Source: an uncultured Gemmatimonadales bacterium
GTDB lineage: Bacteria; Gemmatimonadota; Gemmatimonadetes; Gemmatimonadales; GWC2-71-9
Assembly (NCBI GenBank): GCA_963821525.1
Contig: CAWGED010000005.1
Coordinates: 96,001-160,000 of the forward strand
Direction: 5' to 3'
DNA: 64,000 bases
Shown here: one piece after another, positions 28,680-39,400 of the stretch
Position numbering within the stretch: position 1 is the stretch's first letter
Layout: every line of letters begins with the position of its first letter
The notes under the pieces: generated by a model
Told to the model about the DNA's origin: nothing
The model's input: only the letters and a program-made list of their open reading frames with translations
The model's database searches: none
Position numbers and translations under genes: made by a program

Positions 28680-29600
28680 ATGTATCGGAACCTGCCCGTG
28701 GGTCCGGCGGCGGCGATCGTCGGAGCTCTTTTCGTGCTCGGCGTTGCCGGCTGTTCGAGCGATTCGACCGGCATGAGCAACGAGACTCTGACTCAAGCCG
28801 AGGCGAATGATGTCGGTCAGGAAGTGGAAGCACAGGTTGCCAGTGTCGTTGGCGCCAGCACCATCGTCGGGATCATGAATCCGGCCGCCGCAGTCCCCCC
28901 TCAGGGCGGCAATTTCGGCGCCTTGGGCCTCGGCTCCGCGGGTTGTCCGGACATCGCCCCGTTTCCCCCCGCTGATACCGATGGCGATCACGTTCCCGAT
29001 AGCGTAACCGTCAGCTTCACTCTACCGGAGTGCAGCTTCACCGGCCCCCGGGGGAGAACTCTCGAGGTAACGGGAGGCGTGACGGTTACCGATCCGTCCA
29101 GCACCTTGGCGGGATTCCGGGTGCGGTTCGACGCCCTGAAACCCAAGATAACCTTCCCCAACGGGTCCTTCTTCGTGCAGCAGTTTGACGGGATCCGTCA
29201 ATTGCTCGCATCCCCCGACGGCTTCTCCGTCAGCGACAGTATCACGGCGAGCTTCGAGTCTTCCGAACGGGGGAGCGCATCGCTGGAAAACGCCTGGCAG
29301 GTGAACTTTGCCGTGGACCAGAGTGGCTCGTTCGAGGCTCACACGCCGCTGCCGAGTGGGACGGCCGATATCAGCGGGACCACGGTACGGACCCACGGCG
29401 AGGTCAGCAAGACGTTCACCATGACCACGCCGGTTCCTTTGCACTACAACGCGTCGTGCACCGAAGACCAGAAGATCGATTCGGGCGAGGTTGACGCCAC
29501 GTTCGTGAGTCCCCGGGGGACTGCGACGGTCACGGTAACGTACACCGCCTGCGGAGTCCGCCCGACCATTACGCTGGTGTCGACGCCCGGAACTACCTGA
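28680..29600 (+). CDS. Hypothetical beta-rich lipoprotein
   Basis: GAGG RBS; lipobox VAGC; Thr/Ser-rich alternating strands; several Cys. Confidence 0.75.
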   Translation: MYRNLPVGPAAAIVGALFVLGVAGCSSDSTGMSNETLTQAEANDVGQEVEAQVASVVGASTIVGIMNPAAAVPPQGGNFGALGLGSAGCPDIAPFPPADTDGDHVPDSVTVSFTLPECSFTGPRGRTLEVTGGVTVTDPSSTLAGFRVRFDALKPKITFPNGSFFVQQFDGIRQLLASPDGFSVSDSITASFESSERGSASLENAWQVNFAVDQSGSFEAHTPLPSGTADISGTTVRTHGEVSKTFTMTTPVPLHYNASCTEDQKIDSGEVDATFVSPRGTATVTVTYTACGVRPTITLVSTPGTT

Positions 29601-29635
29601 CCTTCCGGGTTTTCGCCAGCGCGGGCCGGGCGACA

Positions 29636-29670
29636 GTGCAGGGGCGGGGTCATAGACCTCGCCCCTACAC
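29636..29670. repeat. REP-like palindrome (GTAG type on the minus strand)
   Basis: GTGCAGGGGCGGGGTC-ata-GACCTCGCCCCTACAC, a 16-bp imperfect stem. Confidence 0.6.
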
Positions 29671-29700
29671 ATTTCTGCTCGCGGCTCCCACCTTTGGGGC

Positions 29701-31109
29701 GTGTCGCCCCGGTCCTGTCTCATTGCGGGCCTGATGGCCATCGCCGGCTGCCGGGCGGCCGCGACGTCGCGCGGCTCGACGGTTGTCTTCGCGTCCGGGG
29801 CCGATCTCCAAAGCATCAATCCGCTGCTTACCGTCCATCCGCTTGCCCGCCAGGTACAGCGCTACGTGCTCCTCACGACCCTGGTGCGCTATGACAGCGC
29901 GCTCGACGGTCCAACCGTATCTCGCGCGGTCCTGGACCTGGTCGCAGGATCACCGGGAGCTGCAATTTCATCTGGTCCCGGGAGTCTTCTGGCATGACGG
30001 GGCGCCCACCACGGCGCGCGATGTCCAATGGACGCTTGACGCGGCTCGGAACCCGCGCACCGGTTATCCGCGGCTCACCGACCTTGAGAAGCTCGAGAAG
30101 CTCGAGGCACCAGACGACTCGACTGTCGTGCTTCATTTCTCCACTCCTCAAGGATCGATTCCGGACGTCCTCACTGACCTGGCGATTCTGCCTCGTCACC
30201 TGCTCGACTCGGTCCCTCTGGACCGGATGCGGCAGGCGGCCTGGAACCAGCACCCGGTGGGGAATGGACCATTTCGTTTCGTGGCGCACGAAGCCAATCG
30301 CAAGTGGGTCTTCGCGGCGGATTCGGCGTTCCCCGCGGCACTCGGTGGGCCACCCAAGCTCTCACGGCTCGTGGTAGCTATCGTAGACGAGCCGATGACC
30401 AAGCTGGCCGCACTCGCCTCGGGTGAGCTGGATTTCGCCGGCATACAGCCCGCCCACGCGGAGTTCGTGAGGAGGAACCCGCGACTGGCGGTGTATGATT
30501 ACCCTTTGCTCTTCAGCTACGTCCTCGTACTGAATACCCGGATTCCTCCATTTTCCGATTTGGCGGCTCGCACCCGTGTGGCGCAGGCCGTCGATCGCCA
30601 GGAGATCGTGGACGGGTTCCTGTTCGGGTTCGGCACTCCGATTTCGAGTCCTAACGGCGTCGCGACCAGAACCGTGAATCGAATCTGACCGGCCGGCGTC
30701 ATCCCCAGATCTCAAATTCGAGTTGCTTACGGTGGGCAGCGGAGAGGCGGCACTCGAACAGCTCCTCCAGCACCAGTTCGATAGTCGGGGCATATCGATC
30801 GGCATCCGGCAGCTCGAACTCTCTGCGTTCCTCGACCGGGTACAGGGGCCGAGTCACGAGTATCAGGCCGCGGTGATGGGAGTTCCGGGCGATCTGGCCC
30901 TCGGCTACCTCGCACCCTTGCTACGTACGGCCGGATTGACACCCGCAGGCGATACCACAGGGCAGCTCAGGCAGCTCGCCGATTCGATTCCGGTGGTGTT
31001 CCTGTATCAGGCCCGCGGGGTTCAGGGAATGAATCGCAGAGTTCACGACGTGCGGATGGATCAGCGCGGGGAGCTTGCGACAGTGGCACGCTGGACGGTC
31101 GTTCAGTGA
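29701..31109 (+). CDS. Peptide-type ABC transporter substrate-binding lipoprotein (frameshifts near 29908 and 30685)
   Basis: Lipobox IAGC; PYLARSW.WS, FWHDGAPTTARDV, PVGNGPF, A.DRQ; three ORF pieces. Confidence 0.88.
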
Positions 31110-32119
31110 CGACTCAGGAGCGGCGCGTATTCCATGCAGCAGCTCCCGTGCGGCTCGACTTCGCCGGGGGCTGGACCGATGTGCCACCCTTCTCGACCCG
31201 GGAAGGTGGACAGGTGGTCAATGCCGCAATCGGCCTCTCGGTCCGCGCCGAAGTCGAGCTCGGTGGCACCGGCATGTTGCTGCGCGCCGAAGATCTGGGG
31301 GAGGCGGCGGTGATCGCTCATGCCTCGCAGCTCGCAGGCCACGGGCCGCTCCCCCTGCTGCGCGCGGCGCTGCGAATGTTCCCGGCGGGACCGTGCACCC
31401 TGCGCACCTTCTCCGAAGTCCCGGCAGGATCAGGCTTGGGTAGCTCCGGCGCGCTCGATGTGGCCCTGGTGAGTGTGCTCGCGGTGTCCCGCGGGGAGGC
31501 CCTGACCCGCGAACAGGCCGCGGCGTATGGGTGGGAACTCGAAGCGGTGGAAGCGGGACTGCCCGGTGGGCGGCAGGATCAGTGCGCCTCCGCATTCGGT
31601 GGATTTCATCGGTTGGGCTTTGACGACGGTGAACCGACGGTTGAATCGCTGGATCTGGCTGAGGATTTCCTGGCCGCGCTGGAAGCGAGGATTCTCTTGT
31701 GCTTCACCGGACGATCTCGAGTTTCGGGAGACACGATCGCGCGAGTGATGAGCGCCTATGAGCGGGGGGAGTCCGGTGTCGTCGAGGCGTTGCGAGGGTT
31801 GAAAGAGACGGCATCCCGAATGGCCGAGGCCATGAAGCGCGGCGATTGTGAAGAGGTCGGCACCTTACTCCAGCGCAACTGGGAGCTGCAGCAAGCGCTG
31901 GATTCATCGATGAGTACCGAGGAAATGGCTCGTCTCGAAGCAGCCATGACGGAGTTGGGAGCGCTGGGTGGCAAGGCGGCGGGCGCCGGGGCAGGGGGAT
32001 GCATGTTCTTCCTGTTCCGGAACAGCGACCAGCTCGCTCGAGCCAAGGACGCGGCCGCACGCCTCGGCGCGACCGTCCTCCCGGTGGAATGGAATGGGAA
32101 TGGAGTTCGCACATGGTAG
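31106..32119 (+). CDS. GHMP-family sugar kinase (HddA/fucokinase-like)
   Basis: APVRLDFAGGWTD, PAGSGLGSSGA, GGRQDQ, GAGAGGC. Confidence 0.9.
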   Translation: MTTQERRVFHAAAPVRLDFAGGWTDVPPFSTREGGQVVNAAIGLSVRAEVELGGTGMLLRAEDLGEAAVIAHASQLAGHGPLPLLRAALRMFPAGPCTLRTFSEVPAGSGLGSSGALDVALVSVLAVSRGEALTREQAAAYGWELEAVEAGLPGGRQDQCASAFGGFHRLGFDDGEPTVESLDLAEDFLAALEARILLCFTGRSRVSGDTIARVMSAYERGESGVVEALRGLKETASRMAEAMKRGDCEEVGTLLQRNWELQQALDSSMSTEEMARLEAAMTELGALGGKAAGAGAGGCMFFLFRNSDQLARAKDAAARLGATVLPVEWNGNGVRTW

Positions 32120-34848
32120 TCGCTGAAGAAATCGAAGCTCGCCGAGAGGAGATTGCCGGCCTCCGCCGACCTGTCGGCTCAACTGGAACGGCTCATCGAG
32201 CAGGCCCAGCGCTTTCTCGAGCAGCGTCCCCGGATCCCCCAATGGAAGGCCCAGCTTTCGAGCGACGGCGGAGTCTGCCCTAAGGACGGAGCCCCGTTGT
32301 CGTTCGATCCCTGGCATCCCGAGTCCCACCGCTGTTCCCGCTGTGGCGCCGTGGTTTCGGGCGAGCGGTATGACCGTTACGCCGCGCGTTACCAGCACCT
32401 CTGGCTCTCCGAGCGCATCGCGCATCTGGCGACCGCCGGAGTTCTTGCCGGTGAGGAGAAGCTCGTGGACGGCGCAGGAGCGCTGCTCCGCGATTACTCC
32501 AGCAAGTATTTCGAGTTCCCCAACCGCGACAACGTGCTGGGGCCGACCCGGCTCTTCTTCTCGACCTACCTCGAGTCGATCTGGCTCTGCAACGTGGTCG
32601 CGGCGGGGCACCTGCTTCGAGAAGGCGGCGCGCTGGACGATTCGACTGCCGAGGCGGTCGGATCGATCGCAGAGGAGGCCGCCAACCTGATCGGAGAGTT
32701 CGACGAGGGCCTGTCCAACCGCCAGACCTGGAACAACGCCGCACTGGTCGCCTCTGCGGTGTGGTTCGAGGACGAGGATCTCGCGCGCCACGGGATGGAG
32801 GGCCGTAACGGCCTGATCGGCCACCTGGTGGAAGGATTCGGCGAGGATGGCCTGTGGTACGAAGGGGAGAACTATCACCTCTTCGCCCTGAGGGGACTCC
32901 TGACTGGACTGGGCTGGGCTCGACTCGCCGGGGTGGACCTGCTGGAAGAAGATGAAAGCCGTGCGCGGTTGGCGGCGGCGCTGCAGGTTACCGGTCTCAC
33001 TGCCCTGCCGGATTTCACTTTTCCTGCGCGGCGCGACGCCCGCTACGGAATCTCGCTGGCCCAGCCGATGTACCTGGAATTGTGGGAAGTAGGGCGCGCC
33101 CGCTTGCGGGCCGCGGGCGACGAGGCACTCGCAGAGCCGCTCGATTCCTGGCTGAGTACTCTCTATTCCGTTCCGGCCCCCGACCGCCGAGGTGTTCGAC
33201 TCCTATCTCCACGAGGCAGGGCTTCCCGCTCCCGCGCAGCGGACGCGGAGCGATCTCTCCTGGTGGACTCTGCTCGAGATGGAGGCGAATCCGCAGGTTC
33301 CAGAGCCGGGATGGCATCCCCCCAGCACGCTGATCGCGTCACAGGGTCTGGCGGTGCTGCGCGATGGGGATCGCTACGCCAGCCTGGAATGCGGAACTTC
33401 GGGCGGTGGTCATGGTCACGCCGACCGTCTCCACCTGACACTGCACGCGGACGGAGTCCACTGGCTGCCCGATCCCGGCACCGGCTCCTACGTGACCTCG
33501 GACCTGTTCTGGTATCGCTCCACGCTGGCGCACAATGCACCGCGCCTGGATGGGGCAGACCAGCCCCGTACCGACGCGCAGTGCGAAGCGTTCGCGACCG
33601 CGGATCAATGGGCCTGGGTCAAAGGCAGGTTCGGCGGTGTGATCCGCACCGTGGTGTCGGGAGGCGGATACTTGGTGGACGTAGTAGAAATGTCCGGGGA
33701 GGAGAGTCGAACGCTGGAGCTTCCCTGGCACCCGAGAGGTCAAACGGAGCTGACGACTTCGGGGCGGTGGGAGCCTGGCAAGTGGGATGAGGAATTCATT
33801 TCCGATAGCGCCAGCCTCACCATAGAGGGGGATCAGCCGATCACGCTCCGATCCCGATTCAACGATCAGGTGCTTGATCTCCACCTGCACGGCAGTGCGG
33901 AACTGCTCAAGGCGCGATGCCCCGCGCTTCCCGGAAGAACCGAGGAGGCCTGGGTCTATCTCGAAAAGCAGCGGGGGCGCTATGCGCGACTGGTCTCGCT
34001 AGTGGTCGCGGGAGGTAACGCGGCAACTGCATTGCGTGTCTCGGCCGATACGATCACCGTAACCACGCCCGGTGGGGAGCACACTCACCGCGTGACGCCC
34101 GAAGGATGGGAGATTCAGTCCCCCCAGGGGCGAGTGCTGCTCCGAGGGTTCCGCCGGCCTCGCGGCGAGCCGCTGCTCCGTCTCCAACTCGAGCAGGGCC
34201 TCGCGACCGCACGAGGGATGGCGCCTCACGTTTCGCAGCCACCAAGGCTGGACGGCACACTGGCTGGGTTCGACCTTGCTTCACCGCTCGAGTTCGATCA
34301 CGACGATCAATATCGGCGCAGCGAAGAGCCATACGGGGGACCGGAGGACTTTGCCGCGGAAGCGTGGGTCAACTGGGACATGGGATACCTCTATCTTGCG
34401 GTGTCGGTCCGGAAGCCCGAGCTGATTTTCCGGTCTCCCGACGATCCTCCGCTCAAACTCGACAACGAGAACGACCTGATTCACTCCGATGGATTGCAGG
34501 TCTACTTCGACCTCGGCCCTGATGAATCGTATGGATTTCTCATCGTTCCCAATCCGCGAAACGACGGCCTGACCGTGGTGTCGGCGAGTCCGGACGCGGC
34601 GGCTTCGGTTCGCGGAACCTGGCAGCGCACGGAATCGGGATATCTGGTGACCGCTGCCATTCCGGTTCCTGCCTGGAAGAGTGCCGCACCCCACGAAACC
34701 ATCAGGTTCGATCTGCTCGTGAACCAGGCTACCTCCGGGCCGTGAGCGGCGCGCCGGCCAACTGGTCTGGAGCGGCGGTGGTGGTTGGGTCTATCTGCGG
34801 GGCGATCGGCAGGAGCGGGCCCGCTTCGGCGTCCTGGAGATGGTGTGA
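32113..34848 (+). CDS. Heparinase II/III-like polysaccharide lyase-fold protein with C-terminal CBM9-like domain (about 3 frameshifts)
   Basis: SNRQTWN, DGLWYEGENYH, GGHGHADRL, DPGTGSY, WYRSTLAHN; C-terminal WD..YLYLAV.V...DGLQVY; ATG overlaps the kinase stop. Confidence 0.8.
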
Positions 34849-36027
34849 GAATCCCCGGCTTCACTTCGACCGGAAGCAAACGGCCCGATGCGCTGTTCGG
34901 TCCCGCGCCGATCATCGAGGGATCGCTGCCTCTCCGGATGACGCGAGCCGAGGGTTGCGCGGTGTGGGATGAGCAGGGCAGGCGTTATACCGACTTTATC
35001 ATGGCACTGGGAGCAGTGTCGCTCGGCTACGGACATCCCGAGGTCAACAAGGCCGCGATTCACGCGATCGAGCAGGGCGTAGTGGGCCCCCTGGCGCCGG
35101 TTCTCGAGGAGGAACTGGCGAGTCGTTTGCACGAACTGTTGCCATGGGTGAAGCAGGTTCGTTTCCACAAGACCGGAGCGGAGGCGGCAGCAGCGGCGCT
35201 ACGTATCGCCCGAGCGGCAACCGGACGGGAGCGAATTCTCACCTGCGGCTATCATGGCTGGCTCGACGGCTGGCAGGAAACCGGGACCGCGGGAGTCCCG
35301 GAGGCGGTCTCCTCGCTCAACACGGCACTGCCCTTCAACGACATCGAACGGGGAATACAGGCAATACGGAAAAGCTGGGGATCAGCTCGCCTGCGTCATG
35401 ATCGAGCCGATAGTGGTGGCAGAACCGTCACTCGAATGGCTCGCGATGCTGCGCCAGGAGACCGAACAGGTCGGCGCCGTGCTGGTATTCGACGAGATCA
35501 AGACCGGCTTCAGGATTGCCCCGGGTGGTGCAGCTGAGCGTTATGGGGTCGAACCAGATCTCGTGGTCCTGGGTAAGGCACTCGCCAACGGATTCCCGCT
35601 GGCCGCGGTGGGTGGTCGAGCAGAGTTGATGGGGCAGGCCACCCATACCTGGATCTCATCCACGTTGGCCACCGAGATGGTGGGCTTGGCCGCAGCCCTG
35701 GCTACGCTCGACGTCATCGAACGAGAAGCGGTGCCGGCCAGGCTTCACCGGAGCGGCCAACGATTCATCGCCGGACTCAATCGGTTGGCACGCCAGCACC
35801 CGGCGGTGATCGCCGCGGTGGCCGGGATTCCCGAGATGTGTTTTCTCCAGTTCCGGAACGAAGCCCTGGGTGCGGAGCTGGCCCGGGAGACGGCCCGACG
35901 CGGTCTCCTGTTCAAGCGTACCGCCTACAACTTCGTGTCGCTGGCCCACGACGACGCTACGATTGATGCCGCCCTGGAGACCCTGGGTGACGCGGTGACG
36001 GCGCTGGGAGCCCTGCATGCTGGTTGA
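34845..36027 (+). CDS. Class III PLP aminotransferase (glutamate-1-semialdehyde aminomutase-like; frameshift near 35372)
   Basis: AEG..VWD..G..Y.D, LGYGHP, KTGAEA, GYHGW, EP, FDEIKTGFR, PDL...GKALANGFP. Confidence 0.9.
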
Positions 36028-36808
36028 CGTTCACGCCCATTTCCTGCACGACCGGACACCGCGAAGCGACTGGCGGGAGCGCAACGCGAGCCGGCTTCGT
36101 GCCGGCGAGCGGATCGGCATCACGACTCACGTCGCGTCGATCCTCGGCAGCTGGGGTCTCACGTCCCCGATCTATTTCCCTTCGCCGGCCGACCTCACCT
36201 ACGGCAACGATCAGCTGCTCGGGCTGCAGCGGGAGCACCCGACCCGTATCCGGGGCTACGTCGCGGTCAATCCGAACTTCGCGGAGCACGCCCAGGCCGA
36301 GATAGCGCGCTGTCTTGGGGCGGGAATGATCGGCATCAAGCTTGCGGCCAGCCGTCGAGCAAACGACCCCCTGTTGGATCCCATCTGCGAGGCGGCCCGG
36401 GGACACCGGGTGCCGGTGCTGCACCACATCTGGCAACACCGCCGACGGGACTGGCCCGGCCAGGAAGCCTCCGACGCGGTGGAGCTCTGTGAGTTAGCGG
36501 AGCGGCATCGGGAAGTAACCTTCATTTTGGCGCACATCGGGGGTGGTGGAGACTGGCAACATTCGTTGAACCGGGTGCGGGATGTATCCAACGTGATGGT
36601 GGATCTGTCGGGAAGCGGTGTGGATGGCGGTATGCTGGAGCAATGCCTCGAGTGCGCCGGGCCCGAGCGCCTGCTGTGGGGCTGCGACCTGACCATGGAT
36701 ACCGGTCTTGCCAAGCTCCGATACCTCGAGAAACTGCTCGCCGCTCCGGACCTGGAGCTGGTGCGATCGGGGAATGCGCTCCGAATCTTCGGTGAGCGTC
36801 TGCGATGA
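36017..36808 (+). CDS. Amidohydrolase family protein
   Basis: DVHAH, GIKL, PVLHH, ILAHIGGG, LLWGCD metal-binding motifs. Confidence 0.9.
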   Translation: MLVDVHAHFLHDRTPRSDWRERNASRLRAGERIGITTHVASILGSWGLTSPIYFPSPADLTYGNDQLLGLQREHPTRIRGYVAVNPNFAEHAQAEIARCLGAGMIGIKLAASRRANDPLLDPICEAARGHRVPVLHHIWQHRRRDWPGQEASDAVELCELAERHREVTFILAHIGGGGDWQHSLNRVRDVSNVMVDLSGSGVDGGMLEQCLECAGPERLLWGCDLTMDTGLAKLRYLEKLLAAPDLELVRSGNALRIFGERLR

Positions 36809-37593
36809 TCACCGACGTCAACACATTCCTCGGCAACTACCCGTTTCGTCGGGTGCCCGGGACCTCTCCCGAGGCTTTGCTCACTGCAATGACGAGGGTG
36901 GGGATCACCGATGCCTGGGTATCCCACCTGCCGGGCCTCTGGTGGCGCAATCCGGCGGAAGGGAATCACTGGTTGTACGAGACCACCCGCCGGTTCCCCC
37001 GTTTGCGGCCGGTTCCCGCGGTGCACCCGGGCATTCCCGGCTGGGAAGCCGCGCTGGAGGAGGCGGTGCAGAACGGGGCCCCTGCGATTCGGGTAGACCC
37101 GGGTCAATACGGACTGGGGGCGACCAGTCCCCTCATGGTCCAGCTGGTTCTTGCCAGTGCCGAGGCCGGAGTTCCTATCGTACTCGCGGTGCGGCTGGAA
37201 GACGGCCGCCAGCGGCATCCGGCCGATACCGCTCCGGAGCTCAGCGCCGCCGCCGTCCGCACCCTGATCCGGCTGGACCGGCGGACCCGCTTGCTGGTGA
37301 CGCACGCGGAGCGCAGTTTCATGGAAGAGGTGCATTTCGGCAGTACCCCGGACGAGGCCAGTCGCATCTGGTGGGATACTTCCTGGGTCTGGGGGCCGCC
37401 CGAGGATCATTTTCAGCAACTGCTGGCCACGATGGGTTCCGACCGGTTCGTATTCGGCACCGGTCAGCCGCTCCGCATACCTGAAGCGGCGGTTGCCAAG
37501 CTCGACCTGCTCGAGCTCGAGCTGGAAGCCCGTCGGGCCATAGAGTCCGGCAACGTCCGCTCCCTGATGACCACAAGGAGTCTCGCTTCATGA
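36805..37593 (+). CDS. Amidohydrolase-fold protein with degenerate metal site
   Basis: DVNTF replaces DxHxH; EGN, LVTH, RFVFGTG.P, I.SGN. Confidence 0.75.
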   Translation: MITDVNTFLGNYPFRRVPGTSPEALLTAMTRVGITDAWVSHLPGLWWRNPAEGNHWLYETTRRFPRLRPVPAVHPGIPGWEAALEEAVQNGAPAIRVDPGQYGLGATSPLMVQLVLASAEAGVPIVLAVRLEDGRQRHPADTAPELSAAAVRTLIRLDRRTRLLVTHAERSFMEEVHFGSTPDEASRIWWDTSWVWGPPEDHFQQLLATMGSDRFVFGTGQPLRIPEAAVAKLDLLELELEARRAIESGNVRSLMTTRSLAS

Positions 37594-37922
37594 ATTCACC
37601 GGCTCGGCGACAACATTCCCGGATCTCCTTCTCGGCGTCGGGGCCGCAGCTCCAGACCAGCGGCAAGACCTACGAGATCGTAGATCTTTCCTCCGGCGGC
37701 GTCCGCTTCCGCACGGCAGGAAGGGGTGCGCCGGTCAAGGAAGGGGAGCTGATCCGAGCCATCATCCAGTTCCGCCCCGACAAGGCGGTGGAAGTGCGCG
37801 GGAAAGTGCTGCGGGTGGTGAATGACCAGGTCGCTGCAAAGCTGGATACCGGGGTTCCGCTGCAGACGATTCTGGAGGAGCGGTATTACCCTCCACGTCC
37901 TCGTACGGGTATGGTGTGGTAA
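37590..37922 (+). CDS. PilZ-domain protein
   Basis: RQHSR (RxxxR) and DLSSGG (DxSxxG); GKVLRV. Confidence 0.85.
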   Translation: MNSPARRQHSRISFSASGPQLQTSGKTYEIVDLSSGGVRFRTAGRGAPVKEGELIRAIIQFRPDKAVEVRGKVLRVVNDQVAAKLDTGVPLQTILEERYYPPRPRTGMVW

Positions 37923-38270
37923 TGGCCCGCGACGCGACACCCGGGGATTCTGCACGCGAGTTCTACCGCATCGCGTATCCAGCCAAGGCCAGGCCTCGGC
38001 TCCATGTATCTGGGATTCGATTTCGAGGTTCTCGACCTCTCCGAACGCGGGATCCGCTTCCGCCTCGGCGAGGCGATGGCGCCGGAGGCGGGGCATCAGC
38101 TTCGCGGCACCGTGCGGTTCGTCCGCGGTGTCAGCGCCGAAGTGGGAGGTACAATCCTCCGGGTACGGGACGGTCAGGTAGCCGCAGTTCTGGAGGAGGG
38201 AGTCCCCGCGAGCGTCATCCGCGCAGAACAACGCTTCCTGCTCGAGAACGCCCGCCGCTTCACCACATGA
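37922..38270 (+). CDS. Second PilZ-domain protein (frameshift near 38012)
   Basis: REFYR (RxxxR) in the first frame and DLSERG in the second; GTILRV; paralogous to the upstream gene. Confidence 0.8.
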
Positions 38271-39400
38271 GCCAGCAGTTCGATGTCGCAGTCGTCGGGC
38301 TGGGCGCGATGGGGAGCGCGGCCCTGCTCGATCTCGCGCGCCGCGGCGTCCGCGCAGTCGGCTTCGACCGGTTTCACCCGCCACATACCCTCGGATCCAC
38401 CCACGGCGAGTCCCGAATAATCCGCCAGGCTTACTTCGAGGACCCGGTCTACGTCCCGCTGGTCAGACGGGCCTACGAACGATGGGAGCTGCTGACCGGT
38501 GAGACCGGGGTCCCGGTATTCCAGCGGACCGGTGGTCTCATGCTGGGGCCGCGCGATGGAGTCCTGGTGAGTGGATCGAGACTCAGTGCGATGACCCATC
38601 AAGTGCCCTTCGAGGAGCTGGATGCCGCGGCGATCGTCAAACGTTTTCCCGATCTCCGGCCCGACCCGGACACGACGGCGATTCTCGAGCCTCATGCGGG
38701 AATGCTCGATCCCGAGGCATCGGTCGCGACCATGCTGGCGCTGGCGAGCCAACTCGGCGCCGCCGTTCATTTCAGCACGGTCGTGAATGGCTGGAACGCT
38801 GGAAGCTCGAGTGTCACTCTGGAAACAACAGCCGGTCGGTTCGAGGCCGGCGCGGTCATTCTGGCCGCGGGGTCGTGGATGGGAGAGCTGATCGGCGGCT
38901 CGCTTCCGTTGAGCGTGGAGCGGCAGATCATGTTCTGGTTCGATCCGCTGACGGGGATGGCGCGAATCTCACCTGAGCGGCTGCCGGTCTTCATCTGGGA
39001 ATGGGCGGCCGATCGGCTGTTTTATGGTTTCCCGGACGTGGGAGAAGGGCTCAAGATCGCCCGGCATCATGATGGGGCGGAAACTACTCCGGCCGCGGTC
39101 GACCGAGGTGTCAGTCCGGAAGAGATGGCGGATGCCCGGTCGTTGTTGGAGCGGTTCATCCCGGCTGCGGCGGGAGGGTTCCGCTCCGCCGCCGTCTGTC
39201 TATACACCAACACCCCGGACTCTCACTTCGTACTCGGGCCTCTCGCTTCCGACCCTCGGGTGATCGTGGTGAGCGCCTGCTCCGGGCATGGTTTCAAGTT
39301 CGCCAGTGCCATCGGTGAAGTTGCGGCCGACCTCGCCACGATCGGCTCAAGTACTTTTGACCTCTCTGTGTTCAGCCCCGACCGATTCACCCAGACATGA
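38267..39400 (+). CDS. solA: Monomeric sarcosine / N-methyltryptophan oxidase family FAD oxidase
   Basis: VVGLGAMGSA, GSTHGESRIIR, CLYTNTPD (covalent-FAD Cys), CSGHGFKF. Confidence 0.88.
   Translation: MSQQFDVAVVGLGAMGSAALLDLARRGVRAVGFDRFHPPHTLGSTHGESRIIRQAYFEDPVYVPLVRRAYERWELLTGETGVPVFQRTGGLMLGPRDGVLVSGSRLSAMTHQVPFEELDAAAIVKRFPDLRPDPDTTAILEPHAGMLDPEASVATMLALASQLGAAVHFSTVVNGWNAGSSSVTLETTAGRFEAGAVILAAGSWMGELIGGSLPLSVERQIMFWFDPLTGMARISPERLPVFIWEWAADRLFYGFPDVGEGLKIARHHDGAETTPAAVDRGVSPEEMADARSLLERFIPAAAGGFRSAAVCLYTNTPDSHFVLGPLASDPRVIVVSACSGHGFKFASAIGEVAADLATIGSSTFDLSVFSPDRFTQT

Noticed and set aside
37916..39400. 494-aa ORF suggesting an N-terminally extended sarcosine oxidase
   Set aside because: Artefact of a frameshift in the second PilZ gene; the oxidase starts at ATG 38267
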